A stretch of 64,000 nt of DNA from Dehalococcoidia bacterium. GTDB taxonomy: Bacteria; Chloroflexota; Dehalococcoidia; Plut-88900. The translations under genes were made by a program, and so were the position numbers. Below the pieces are notes generated by a model. It was not told the DNA's origin. It saw only the letters and a program-made list of their open reading frames with translations, and made no database searches. Shown here one piece after another: positions 19,206 to 29,410 of the stretch. Location of the stretch: NCBI GenBank assembly GCA_965197645.1, contig OZ240219.1:352001-416000 (forward strand), written 5' to 3'. How positions within the stretch are numbered: position 1 is the first letter of the stretch; every line of letters starts with the position of its first letter.

Positions 19206-20666
19206 ATGGCAGAGCTAGGTTTACTGTCTCAGACTATTTCAGAACTAGCCCCCCGGATTAAATCCAGAGAGGTTTCCCCCGTCGAGGTGACCGAGAGCGC
19301 CTTGGAGCATGCAGAACGGATGCAGCCCATACTCAAATCGTTCATCACTCTGACCTCGGATCTGGCCCTTCGCCGCGCTCAAGAGCTGGAACAAATGCTG
19401 ATGCGCGGCGAGTATCTGGGGCCACTGCACGGGATTCCGATAGGCCTTAAAGACATGCTGCTGACAGCAGGGGTAAGGACTACGGACGGCGGAAAGCCTT
19501 TAGAAAACTACGTCCCGGAGGAAGATGCTGAAGTAGTCCGCAGACTCAGGTCGGCCGGAGCCGTCATTATTGGCAAGGAGAATATGCATGAGGTCGGAGC
19601 CGGCTTCGTAAGTGACAACCAGTGGTATGGCCGAGTAAGCAACCCCTGGGACCTGGATAGACCTGCCGGTGGGTCCAGTGGGGGATCGGCCGCCAATGTC
19701 TCCTCTTTTGTTACTTTCGCATCGATAGGGACCGATGGTGGCGGATCGGTGCGTCAACCGGCAGCAGTCTGCGGCCAAGTCGGACTCAAACCTACCTACG
19801 GCCGTATCCCCATTCGAGGCGGCTTGGAAGGGCCCGATCCTTCCACCTATCACATGGGGCCTCATGTGCGTTCAGTTCGAGACTCCGCTGTCATGCTGCA
19901 AGCTATGGCGGGATATGATCCCCTGGACGCCACCACTGCTCCAGTCCCCGTGGACGACTACACCAGCACCCTGGGTCAGAGCATCAAGGGACTGAGGATG
20001 GGTATCCCCACCAACCACTTTTATGATCCGTTGGACCCGGAGATAGGTGCGGCCACCTCGAAAGCTATCTCTGATCTGGAGGGCCTGGGGGCCGAGCCGG
20101 TCGAGGTTGAGGTGAAGTACACGGAAGAAATGTTCAAGGTTGGCAGCGTCTTGCTGGCCGGTTACATCGTTCCCTATGAGAAGATTGTGCGGGAAAACCG
20201 AGAAAACATGAGTCCACCCGAGCGTTACTGGGTCATGACCAGCCAGTTCGTATTGGCCACCGATCTGGTCAAAGCACAGCAGGTTCGCCATCTGTTCCAG
20301 CAGGCATGGAATGAGATGATGCAGGAGGTCGACTTCCTGGTTGTTCCCACAACGGCGGCTCTTCCCTGGAAATTCGGGGACAAGACGGTCAAGGTGGGGG
20401 ATACTGAGCACGACGTGAGCAGTCTTCCGCACGCGGCGAATGGATGGATTATGGGCCGTAACACAATCCCCGGAAACTATACAGGAGTGCCTGCGATTAC
20501 CGTCCCCTCAGGGTTCTCAAGCGCAGGTCTACCTATCGGCCTTCAGATCATGGGTAGACCCTGGGAAGATACCCTGGTGCTGCGTGTGGCCCACCAATAC
20601 GAACAGGTCAACCCCCAGTCAGGCAAGGTGCCTCCGGCCGTCCAAGAGGCCATCGGGGCAAGTTAA
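19206..20666 (+). CDS. Amidase signature family protein (GatA/AtzE-like)
   Basis: GPLHGIPIGLKD, GGSSGGSA, GTDGGGSVRQP (Lys-cisSer-Ser triad). Confidence 0.93.
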   Translation: MAELGLLSQTISELAPRIKSREVSPVEVTESALEHAERMQPILKSFITLTSDLALRRAQELEQMLMRGEYLGPLHGIPIGLKDMLLTAGVRTTDGGKPLENYVPEEDAEVVRRLRSAGAVIIGKENMHEVGAGFVSDNQWYGRVSNPWDLDRPAGGSSGGSAANVSSFVTFASIGTDGGGSVRQPAAVCGQVGLKPTYGRIPIRGGLEGPDPSTYHMGPHVRSVRDSAVMLQAMAGYDPLDATTAPVPVDDYTSTLGQSIKGLRMGIPTNHFYDPLDPEIGAATSKAISDLEGLGAEPVEVEVKYTEEMFKVGSVLLAGYIVPYEKIVRENRENMSPPERYWVMTSQFVLATDLVKAQQVRHLFQQAWNEMMQEVDFLVVPTTAALPWKFGDKTVKVGDTEHDVSSLPHAANGWIMGRNTIPGNYTGVPAITVPSGFSSAGLPIGLQIMGRPWEDTLVLRVAHQYEQVNPQSGKVPPAVQEAIGAS

Positions 20667-20716
20667 CGTCTTCCAACAACCCCATTGGTAACGTCCGATC
20701 AAACAGGGAGGCCAAG

Positions 20717-20893
20717 ATGACAATAAGCAAAGAGTTGGTTGTGAGACTGATCGAGGAGCAAGGGCTGATTCCGATGTCTGATGAAGAGTTGGAGATCGCC
20801 TTACCCACCATCCAGTCTATAGCGGACAACATGAAGGAGATATCGGAGTTGGACCTATCGGGAGTAAGAACCAGCCACGTTTTTCGTGCCTAG
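20717..20893 (+). CDS. Small (58 aa) GatC/AtzG-like amidase accessory protein
   Basis: Below the ORF-track cutoff; GGGAGG RBS; MTISKELVVRLIEEQGLIPMSDEELEIALPTIQSIADNMKEISELDLSGVRTSHVFRA directly after the amidase. Confidence 0.65.
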   Translation: MTISKELVVRLIEEQGLIPMSDEELEIALPTIQSIADNMKEISELDLSGVRTSHVFRA

Positions 20894-21033
20894 GTCTAAA
20901 CGGATAATCCGTTCCTTCGAGCATCCTGCTAATTTCTAGGGCATTTCCATATCCACAACGGCCTCGGTTCCTCGAGGCCGCTAATCCGCAGTGGCGTTCC
21001 TCGGTTGCCGCTACACATGAAGCGTCCTAATCC

Positions 21034-21981
21034 ATGACACGTTTCATCCTCGTTCGCATAGCCACCTCTATCTTGACTATTTGGGGCGTGGCCACCCTGG
21101 TGTTCATCGCCCTGCACTTTGTTCCAGGCGGATTCGCGGAAGTGCTTTTGGGCGCCAGTGCTACCCCCGAGGTCATCGAGCGCATGAATGCGAAGTTTGG
21201 CCTCGATAAGCCGGTCCCCGTTCAATACGGCTACTGGTTTTTCAACGCATTGCAGGGGGACTTGGGAACGTCACTACGGAGCCACAATTCGGTGGTGTCG
21301 GAGATATTCCGAAGGTCTCAGGTAACCGTTGAACTGACCTTGCTGTCGACGTTGTTCTCGATCATCGTAGGAGTCCCGGCGGGAATTTTTGCCGCGCGGC
21401 GTAGAGGCTCCCCATTGGCAGTAGCCGTCCAAGGGCTATCCGTCGCCGGTCTATCGATACCGGACTTCGTCCTAGGAACCATTCTCATCTACTTTGTATC
21501 CACTCAGGGAATAGGTCTTCCCGTCTCCGGTTACGTTCCCCCGGGGGAAGACCTCCTGGGACACTTCTATTCCATGGTGCTTCCGACACTGACGCTTGGA
21601 TCTATAACCACGGCAATCGTTGCTCGGGTTACGAGGTCGAGCGTCCTGGAGATCCTGTCGGAGCAGTATGTAACCACGGCTCGAAGCAAAGGGTTGCGAG
21701 ATTGGTTGGTAATCCGGAGGCACGTGTTACGCAATGCGCTTATTCCCACGGTGACGGTGGTGGGTGTAAACGTGGGGTATCTACTAAGTGGGGCCGTCAT
21801 AGTTGAGCAACTCTTCTCTCTGCCGGGCATCGGGCGTTATGCCCTGCAGGGAGTTTTGTCTAGAGACTATCCGGTAGCTCAAGGCGCCGTCCTGCTCGGT
21901 GCAACCTTGTTCGTGTCGGTCAACTTCATAGTAGACATGATCTACGCATACTTGGATCCCCGTATTCGTTACCACGAGTAA
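21034..21981 (+). CDS. Peptide/nickel ABC transporter permease (DppB/OppB-like)
   Basis: FGLDKPVPVQY, GDLGTS, YVTTARSKGL, HVLRNALIP, YAYLDPRIR. Confidence 0.93.
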   Translation: MTRFILVRIATSILTIWGVATLVFIALHFVPGGFAEVLLGASATPEVIERMNAKFGLDKPVPVQYGYWFFNALQGDLGTSLRSHNSVVSEIFRRSQVTVELTLLSTLFSIIVGVPAGIFAARRRGSPLAVAVQGLSVAGLSIPDFVLGTILIYFVSTQGIGLPVSGYVPPGEDLLGHFYSMVLPTLTLGSITTAIVARVTRSSVLEILSEQYVTTARSKGLRDWLVIRRHVLRNALIPTVTVVGVNVGYLLSGAVIVEQLFSLPGIGRYALQGVLSRDYPVAQGAVLLGATLFVSVNFIVDMIYAYLDPRIRYHE

Positions 21982-21989
21982 GGCGTTCA

Positions 21990-22871
21990 GTGGCAACTGC
22001 AAATCGCATGCGAACTACACTATCCCATCGCTTATGGGTCTTGTCGAAGTTTGCCTTCCGCAATAAGACCGCCTCGGTCGCGGTCCTATTCTTGCTAGCC
22101 GCCGTGTCCTTCTCGATTATCGGGCCCTTGGTGGGGACCGGAAATCCACAGGAAATCCACCCCACCGCAACTTTCGGCGCCCCGTCATCGGAATTCCCAA
22201 TGGGAACGGATCGCCTGGGCAGAAGTATGTTTGCTCGGCTTGTTGTGGCATTTCGATACTCCCTGGGACTGGCCGTATTGTGTGCCGCCATTGCTGCTGT
22301 TTTCGGAACGCTTCTGGGAATGTTAGTCGGATATCTCGGCGGGCTGACGGACCAGATAGTCATGCGGTTTATGGACATGGGCTTTGCTTTTCCAATGCTG
22401 TTGATGGCCATCCTGGTCGCCGCGGTAATAGGCACAGGCGCCCCTAGTGTCGTGGTCACCATCATCGTTGTGACACTGCCGGCCTTCTCCAGAGTAGCCC
22501 GCGGTCCTACGTTAAGCGTTAGAGAGAGGGAGTACGTAACGGCTGCCATAGTAAACGGGGCGGGTCTTCTGCGAATCCTGAGCCGACATGTGTTGCCCAA
22601 CATTCTGCCCCCGGTCTTGGTCCAGCTGTCATTCACCTTGTCCGTAGCATTGATAGTGGAAGGTGCACTGAGCTTCCTTGGACTTGGCATTCAACCCCCA
22701 CAACCGTCCCTCGGCTCCCTGTTACGCGATGGCAAGAACTATCTGGAGATCGCCCCCTGGACAGTGCTGTTCCCGGGTATGGCTCTGGCGTTGGCAATCC
22801 TGGCCATCAACATATTCGGAGACTGGCTGCGAGACTTTCTCGATCCCAAGCTTCGCCACCAGGAACGATAG
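21990..22871 (+). CDS. Peptide/nickel ABC transporter permease (DppC/OppC-like)
   Basis: MGTDRLGR, REYVTAA, RHVLPN, LSFLGLG, GDWLRDFLDP. Confidence 0.93.
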   Translation: MATANRMRTTLSHRLWVLSKFAFRNKTASVAVLFLLAAVSFSIIGPLVGTGNPQEIHPTATFGAPSSEFPMGTDRLGRSMFARLVVAFRYSLGLAVLCAAIAAVFGTLLGMLVGYLGGLTDQIVMRFMDMGFAFPMLLMAILVAAVIGTGAPSVVVTIIVVTLPAFSRVARGPTLSVREREYVTAAIVNGAGLLRILSRHVLPNILPPVLVQLSFTLSVALIVEGALSFLGLGIQPPQPSLGSLLRDGKNYLEIAPWTVLFPGMALALAILAINIFGDWLRDFLDPKLRHQER

Positions 22872-23161
22872 TCCTGGCATTAGCCTCTGAGAAATGGGGC
22901 GATGCTGGCCCTGGATTACCGACCCGCGTACGGGTACTGATGGCAGGACATTCAGATCATGGACCAGGCGTCGATCAGACTAGACCTCATAGCTGGCCTA
23001 ACAGGCAGCATAATTGGATTATTCCAAAGAGGGCGTAAATCGAGTCGCTGAGCCTCGGCATCAGCGATTCACAGAACGAGACGTTGTGGGCAAGTTCGGA
23101 GCCATTGGACAGTCATATCCTGACATGTTCATTGAACATCTACTGGAACGAGTACAATAAC

Positions 23162-23190
23162 TTGACAAATTGGGGACGGTGGTCTAGTTT
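23162..23190 (+). promoter_or_regulatory. Sigma70-type promoter for the solute-binding protein gene
   Basis: TTGACA-N17-TAGTTT; palindrome ATGTTCA-T-TGAACAT at 23125-23139 just upstream. Confidence 0.55.
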
Positions 23191-23306
23191 CTCCTCGGAC
23201 GTGCGGGATTACAACTCTAACCACGAAACTACCTCGGGAGCCACTTACGTCGTAACTGATGCCCTAAGGTAGTCACATCGTAGGCGAAGACGGAGAGATA
23301 GAGGAA

Positions 23307-24962
23307 ATGATGAAAACCTTCAAAAAGAAAAGCTTATCGGCATTTCTGGTGCTTGGGGTGATAGCCCTGTTGATCATCGCCGCCTGTGGCGGTTCTGAGA
23401 CTCCCACAACGGCACCCGAAGTAGCCGCACCGGAGGAAGAGGCGACTGCCACGGCCGCCCCAGCCACCCCAGAGCCGGAAGTAATGGCGCCATCCTCAGG
23501 CGGCAAGCTGGTCATCGGAAAACCGTGTGAAGCCCAGTCGAAGGACCCACACAACAGTCCCTTCCAATGCTCCTGGGAAATTCACGCCTTGGTCTATGAA
23601 CCGTTGGTCTTTTTGGACGACGATTTGAACCCGATTCCTGGGCTGGCAACGAGTTGGGAAACCCCCGACGATCGGACCTATGTATTCAACCTGCGCCAGG
23701 GAGTGGACTTCCACAATGGCCGAGAAATGGTTGCGGAGGACGTCGTTTTTAGCCTGAATAGGGTGCTGGATCCCGATACGGCCTCTTTTTGGGCCACTAA
23801 GATGGGCCCGATCGACAGCATAGAAGCAACAGGAGAGCACCAGGTTACGGTGCGTTTGTCCGACCCCTACTCACCTTTCCTGTTTGCTCTCGGCTCCATA
23901 ATGACCTCCATCGTGCCGGGCCAGGAGGTACAGTCGGGTGACCTGAACGTGGAAACGGACATGATAGGCACCGGCCCCTTCATGCTCGTTGACCATCAGG
24001 AAGACCATCGATGGTTGTTTGAAAAGTTCGATGGTTACTGGCAGGAAGGCGAGCCTTCATTGGATGAAGTGGAATGGCGGATTATTCCCGACGACTCGGC
24101 ACGAGTGGCTGCGCTGCGTCAAGGGGAAATCAACCTCACCTTCTTCGAGAACCCCAAGATGTTGGATCTGCTGGCAGATGATGCCGATATCGACACTTAC
24201 GACCAGCTGACAACCAACTATTATCCCCTGATGATTAACTCCAACCAGGAACACCTCAGCGATCCGAGGGTGCGTCAGGCCATCTCCCTGGCGATCGATA
24301 GAGAAGAGGTCCGGCAACTGGCCAACTTCGGGTTTGGAGTGCTCTCGGGACCCCTTCCGATCGGTTTCGGCTCCTTGGCCAACCCGGTGGATGGGTTGCC
24401 GTACTACACTCACGACCTCGCCCAAGCACAAGCCCTTCTTGACGAGGCAGGTTACTCGGACGGCCTGACCATGCGAATATGGGTTACTCCGGATATTCCG
24501 ATCACCGTTGCGATTGCGGAAGTGTTGGTGGAGCAGTTGGGAGAGGTAGGAATATCAGTTGAAATCGTGCAACGCGAGTTGGGTCCTTTCGTGGACGACT
24601 ATTGGATCAATGGCGTACATGAGGCTGCCATCTCCTGGTGGGCCGGATATAGCGACCCGCACCTGCTGTTCAGCAACATCACCAGCAATGGGGCAAAGGT
24701 GCTTGGCGTCGATCGAGAGGAAGAAGCCAGGTTCTATCAATTGATGGATGAGGCCGCTCAAGCCCCAGACGATTCGTCTCGCGAGTCCGCATTCAAGGCC
24801 CTAGACAACTACCTGGCCGAGAATGCGACCCTGTTGCCCATGGTAACTCGCGATAACTTCATAGCGTGGAGGACCGATCAAGTAGAAGGCGTTGAATTCA
24901 AAGATGTAGACGGGTACGGACTTTCGATCTGGCACTCGATAAAGCAGATCACTAGTAAGTAA
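23307..24962 (+). CDS. ABC transporter family 5 solute-binding lipoprotein
   Basis: Lipobox IAAC, Pro/Ala/Thr linker, PGLATSWE, LRQGVDFHNG, IGTGPF, DPRVRQAI. Confidence 0.93.
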   Translation: MMKTFKKKSLSAFLVLGVIALLIIAACGGSETPTTAPEVAAPEEEATATAAPATPEPEVMAPSSGGKLVIGKPCEAQSKDPHNSPFQCSWEIHALVYEPLVFLDDDLNPIPGLATSWETPDDRTYVFNLRQGVDFHNGREMVAEDVVFSLNRVLDPDTASFWATKMGPIDSIEATGEHQVTVRLSDPYSPFLFALGSIMTSIVPGQEVQSGDLNVETDMIGTGPFMLVDHQEDHRWLFEKFDGYWQEGEPSLDEVEWRIIPDDSARVAALRQGEINLTFFENPKMLDLLADDADIDTYDQLTTNYYPLMINSNQEHLSDPRVRQAISLAIDREEVRQLANFGFGVLSGPLPIGFGSLANPVDGLPYYTHDLAQAQALLDEAGYSDGLTMRIWVTPDIPITVAIAEVLVEQLGEVGISVEIVQRELGPFVDDYWINGVHEAAISWWAGYSDPHLLFSNITSNGAKVLGVDREEEARFYQLMDEAAQAPDDSSRESAFKALDNYLAENATLLPMVTRDNFIAWRTDQVEGVEFKDVDGYGLSIWHSIKQITSK

Positions 24963-25078
24963 CCTGTCCCAAGCCGCCACCTGCAGAAATCATCGTAGAC
25001 AATAGCAGCCAGTCATAATCTAGAACGACTGGGCCTGCCGGAACTCCGGTCCTTCGGGTCTGCCTGCCAAGAACAGGT

Positions 25079-25110
25079 AAGGGCCCCAGCGAAATCGCTG
25101 GGGCCCTTTT
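25079..25110 (+). terminator. Rho-independent terminator
   Basis: AAGGGCCCCAGCGA-AA-TCGCTGGGGCCCTTTT. Confidence 0.8.
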
Positions 25111-25211
25111 CGTAGATTTAATCGCCGATCCCTCGTGGGATCGGCGGTTGAGCTTGTCTCAAAAGCACGGACGTCTTAGTCCCAACCGCCCGCCCTCGGA
25201 AGGTTTTGTAG

Positions 25212-25266
25212 CTGAGGGAACATCCCCCAGGCTCCCTGCCAGAGGGAAGTTTCCCTCTGGACTCTC
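25212..25266. repeat. REP-like palindromic repeat (family also near 35.4, 41.4 and 48.9 kb)
   Basis: GAGGGAACATCCCCCAGGCTCCCTGCCAGAGGGAAGTTTCCCTCTGGACTCTC. Confidence 0.6.
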
Positions 25267-25411
25267 TCAAAGCAGGGTTCTGACACAGGCGCAGTTCAGT
25301 ACGGGCAGGGGTGCCAGTTGAGCTCTCAGTGTTCTGACCAAAGCTGGCAATACATATGACACCAAACGAGTCTGTTTGATATGGGGGCAGAACGCCTCGT
25401 ACCAATTCGAG

Positions 25412-25870
25412 TTAAGGATTTTGATCGTTGTCGTCGATTTCTTCGGGATTGACTTCTTGCACAACCGGATCGCCGATCTGAACGTAGGAGTCTTCTTCAT
25501 CCAACTCTTCCACAGCCGCCTCTTCCGTCTTAAGCGTCTCATATTGTGTTTCCCACTTGGGAGGTTCAAACAACCTACTGCCGAACCCCCCCAATCCACT
25601 ACCGCCAACATTTACTCTTCGCTTACGGTACGTTGTTGCGACAGCGATTCTGTCATATACAACTTTGACTTTGACCCTGGTCTTTACCAATTCAACAGAG
25701 CCTAAGGTTTCTTGTGTGTCTGGGTCTCTAATTTCCGACCCTTTAAGGCTAAGAACTTTGAAGATCATTCCAACTTTGACACCGTCTCGCTGGCCCTTGT
25801 TTATAGCGACTTCTCTTGTGTTAAGCACACGAGCTATTTTCCCGCTTATGAGTTCAAGCTGACTTGTCAT
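25412..25870 (-). CDS. Hypothetical protein with FlgT C-terminal-like beta domain
   Basis: VAINKGQRDGVKVGMIF, IRDPDTQETLG; low GC; start at ATG 25870 overlaps the end of the upstream gene. Confidence 0.65.
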   Translation of the reverse strand: MTSQLELISGKIARVLNTREVAINKGQRDGVKVGMIFKVLSLKGSEIRDPDTQETLGSVELVKTRVKVKVVYDRIAVATTYRKRRVNVGGSGLGGFGSRLFEPPKWETQYETLKTEEAAVEELDEEDSYVQIGDPVVQEVNPEEIDDNDQNP

Positions 25871-26291
25871 TTCTCGCACTTCTCCTTTCGATTTCGTCCA
25901 CCTCCTCGGGAACGATATCTCGCCAGTCTTCCATGGCATCCTGGCCGGTCCGAATGTGTTCGTCTACTAGAGCTTGAATCAAATTCAATCTGTGATCAGG
26001 TCCATCGCGCTTCAGATCTTCAACTTTCTCAGACAATCGATACAAACTGACATACAAAGCTGTAACTCGCCTGAAAGCGGCGCGGGCATGTATACGAATC
26101 ACATCATCAGCTCCTTCTCGCTCCATCTTTCTGCCGAAGATGTAAGAGCCGAGTAACCCACTTACCAAGATTACTACTTGGAAGAGCACAACCTCAAAAT
26201 TGGTTGGATCTCGATTGATGGTGAGAACAACAAATATTGCCACCGCCGCGAGACATGCGGCAAACAGCAGGTAGTGAAACTTATCTTTCAT
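25854..26291 (-). CDS. Hypothetical two-TM membrane protein with helical cytoplasmic tail
   Basis: Two N-terminal hydrophobic helices; overlaps the downstream gene; low GC. Confidence 0.7.
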   Translation of the reverse strand: MKDKFHYLLFAACLAAVAIFVVLTINRDPTNFEVVLFQVVILVSGLLGSYIFGRKMEREGADDVIRIHARAAFRRVTALYVSLYRLSEKVEDLKRDGPDHRLNLIQALVDEHIRTGQDAMEDWRDIVPEEVDEIERRSARNDKSA

Positions 26292-27034
26292 TGTTTTTAC
26301 CGTGCCTCAATCATTACTTGGTCGACATCTCTCCGCCCATAGTCGAAGATATAATCAATTTAGAGTTTGCGAGTTACTATTCCCGTCAAAAAGCTACTTC
26401 AGAAAAGTGTACACCGTCAGCAGTAATGAGACAGATCTGAGGGCAGGAAAAGCCGAGAGTTTGGAGGGGTGTGGGCTCCTGAACCTGGTAGTCGATGATT
26501 CGTTGACTGCTCTGCCATGCCTGATGGAACGGAGTTTTCGGTCGATTGCTGACAACCATCATCAACCAACTCCGTTCAACACGATTGGTCCTTTAGAGGA
26601 TGGATCTTGAGAGGTTTAACGCCTGTAGGTCGTGTACTCTATAGATGAGTTACTAAGTCCGAAGTTCGCAGTTGAGCCTGGGCAGGGGTACCCGGCCTTA
26701 CTGTTAACACCTCTGCGTCACGGGTGCTCTGGCATAGTCAAGTTTACACCGTTTATGACTCATGCTACCGTTGCTCTCGTCGACGATGGCGTCGTGATTA
26801 GCCCAGGTCAGTTTGATATGAGCGATTCCGGCTAAGCCAGTCTGCATGATAACTTGACCGATTTGGTCTGTGGAGCATTGAGAGCCGGGTAGTCGTCGAT
26901 AATGGCGCCTCGACGGAAGGCGGGGCCGGATACTATCGTTGCAGGAGCTGCGTTATGGCCTGTGTGATGCCGCCCCGATAGAACCTTCCCGAGGATAACC
27001 ACCTGCACGAGAAAGGCAAGGAGGCACCATCGTC

Positions 27035-28321
27035 ATGTCCACCAGTTCCCTACCGGAGTTCCAGATTAAGGTCCTTCCCGAGCGCCTCTGTAACTATGGA
27101 CGGCTGCTGGAAACGATGGAAGCTCGAGGCCTGGATGGCATAGTCGCCACGTCCAGGTACAACGCATTTTACCTGAGTGGGTTCCATCCCAATGCCTACC
27201 ACCAGGACGAGCCGCCCCAGGCCGCTGTCGTGATATCAAGACACGAGCCTGACCACCCGGCAATGGTGGTAGCAGAGCACGTCATGGCGGGCTTCCTGCT
27301 CCAGCCGACCTGGTTGGAGGACATCCGCCCCTTCCGTTGTGTGATCACAAACCTGGACCTGGAGCTGAGCCAGTCGGATTTGGACCGCTTCATTCCGCAG
27401 TGGGGCATGAACACGCCGTGGGTCCAGCACGCTCGCGAGCACTACTCGACGAACATAGTCGAGGCTCTCAGGAACGTCATGCGGGATCTCGGGCTCGACA
27501 AGGGGAAAGTAGGGTTCGATTACCCCGGACTTGCTGGACCGCTTGGTTTCTCGGAACTGCAGGAGGTGGACGGCCGCGGTCCGGTTGTGTTCACCCGGCA
27601 GGTGAAGACGCCCGAAGAGGTCCAACTAATCCGCGAGGCGATTCAGATAAACCAGAGGTCCATCCATAAGACTGTGAAGGCTTGGGACAAAGGTATGACC
27701 TGGAAAGAGCTCAACTACGCCTATCACAAGGCTACTGTGGACGTGGGAGGCTACATAGACGACCCGCGGGGATTCGTCTTCGTTAACCCCAGGGGGTCGG
27801 ACTCTCACGTCTCCCTACGCAACGGACTGGACGACCACGTTGTTGAGTCCGGTACTAACATCATCTTCGATGGTCACGGCACCTGGAACATGTACTGCTG
27901 GGACGGCGGCAAGACATGGGTCGTGGATGACGAACCGGCGGGTAGCACGCACGAAGTAGCGGAGGCCACGAAGGCGGGGGTGATGGAGCTGAGGCAGATT
28001 ATGCGGCCCGGGATGAAGGTGAGCGATCTTCAGGCCAGGACAAGACAGGTCTTCAAGGGCTTCGGCGCGGCACCCGATTCGGTGTACATCTTCTTCCACG
28101 GGCTCGGTCTGAGCCACTCGGACCTGGAGCAGCATGTGTCGGAGGGCGAACCCCACCCGGACTGGGCTCTCGAGGAGGGCATGGTGGTGGCAACACACCT
28201 TCTCTCCCCAGGCAGCGACCGGGAGAGATACTGGGCAGAGGACGTCGTGTTGATACGAAACGACGGAGCGGAATCACTTTACACCTGGGACTTCGACCCG
28301 ATAACCGGTCGGGGTGACTGA
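27035..28321 (+). CDS. Divergent M24 (Xaa-Pro peptidase/creatinase fold) protein
   Basis: MEARGLDGIVAT..NAFYLSG, RQVKTPEEV, FHGLGL, LEEGMV, AEDVVLI; AAGGAGG RBS. Confidence 0.85.
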   Translation: MSTSSLPEFQIKVLPERLCNYGRLLETMEARGLDGIVATSRYNAFYLSGFHPNAYHQDEPPQAAVVISRHEPDHPAMVVAEHVMAGFLLQPTWLEDIRPFRCVITNLDLELSQSDLDRFIPQWGMNTPWVQHAREHYSTNIVEALRNVMRDLGLDKGKVGFDYPGLAGPLGFSELQEVDGRGPVVFTRQVKTPEEVQLIREAIQINQRSIHKTVKAWDKGMTWKELNYAYHKATVDVGGYIDDPRGFVFVNPRGSDSHVSLRNGLDDHVVESGTNIIFDGHGTWNMYCWDGGKTWVVDDEPAGSTHEVAEATKAGVMELRQIMRPGMKVSDLQARTRQVFKGFGAAPDSVYIFFHGLGLSHSDLEQHVSEGEPHPDWALEEGMVVATHLLSPGSDRERYWAEDVVLIRNDGAESLYTWDFDPITGRGD

Positions 28322-28364
28322 GCCGGCACAGCGACAATGCAATTGCGATCATACACCCCGCGGT

Positions 28365-29216
28365 TCATTCGTCGGTGCCGAATGAAGTGAAGCTGTCCGA
28401 ACCGTCGTTCTGTATGACGTATTGGAACCGTAGCTCATCATGGTCTTCTCCCCGTGTATCGTCTTTGATCGAAAGCACACGGACGGCGGCATAGAACCCG
28501 TTTTTGTTCCGCAACACGACGATCTGACCGACGCAGGGAGTCCTTACAGGCGACGTGTAATCTAGTGATGAAGCATTGACTACCTGTTGTATGGTCGCCC
28601 ATTCGCGAGGAGCGAGAGCTATGCCGTTGATCGAAGGAGGATCGTTATACGCATAGATTCTGATGTCGCTTGCCTTACTCCATTTGGTTTCGAACTCCAG
28701 CGTACCGTGGCCGACAACATAGCGTCCGTTGTGGCTACTGTAGTCGAACACAGCCTCGCCGACCAGAGAAGTCATGCGAGGGGGAGGTACGTCAGAAGCC
28801 TTGCCCTCAAAAGGCTTTAGCCCTAGCTTCTGAACTATCATTGATGCGATCTCAGCCGGTGAGTGATCCCCAGCTTGGAGATAGTGAACGCTGTCTGGTA
28901 AGCCAGGCACTGCGGTGTCATCAAATCGGACAGGTAGGAGGTACTCACCCGGTTCCAGCACCGCTCTGCTCAATGCTGCTCGTCGTTCGTGCCTTGGCCA
29001 AGCCCTTTCGACCCAGGCCTTTGATATGAAGAGGACCACGCAGCCAGCCTTGTACTCGTACACGGCCTGCAACTCCTCGCCGAGATCCTTTCCCCACAGC
29101 GCGCTCTTCTCGAATTCATCGTAGAACACGCCTATGCCACGAGCTTGTAGAGCCAACGCTACCCCTTCAACGTATCTACGCTGTTCACCGGCAAAGGACA
29201 ATGCTACTTCATACAT
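28365..29216 (-). CDS. TIR-domain protein with uncharacterised C-terminal beta domain
   Basis: YEVALSFAGEQR, VFYDEF, LWGKDL, FISKAW..WPRHE (catalytic Glu position), LLPVRFDD. Confidence 0.88.
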   Translation of the reverse strand: MYEVALSFAGEQRRYVEGVALALQARGIGVFYDEFEKSALWGKDLGEELQAVYEYKAGCVVLFISKAWVERAWPRHERRAALSRAVLEPGEYLLPVRFDDTAVPGLPDSVHYLQAGDHSPAEIASMIVQKLGLKPFEGKASDVPPPRMTSLVGEAVFDYSSHNGRYVVGHGTLEFETKWSKASDIRIYAYNDPPSINGIALAPREWATIQQVVNASSLDYTSPVRTPCVGQIVVLRNKNGFYAAVRVLSIKDDTRGEDHDELRFQYVIQNDGSDSFTSFGTDE

Positions 29217-29410
29217 GATCGAAGGTGGCGGTTTGACTTGATCTCTATTGAATCAGCATACACTATCTTTATGCTGTCACAGAGACAGAGGTGCGAGACT
29301 GAACTGATGCGACTGACCGCCGCCGGCCACCCCTATGAGACTACCGGCTCCGGTCGCCATTTCAACTTTCCAGGCAATGGGGTCCGTCTTGTCGGATCCC
29401 CGACCGTGCC

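Noticed and set aside
19206-20893. gatA/gatC of the tRNA amidotransferase
   Set aside because: No gatB, gene order and transporter context differ; better explained as a catabolic amidase
26300-27000. Short ORFs in the AT-rich gap
   Set aside because: No RBS, motif or coding-like composition that I could support; probably decayed sequence
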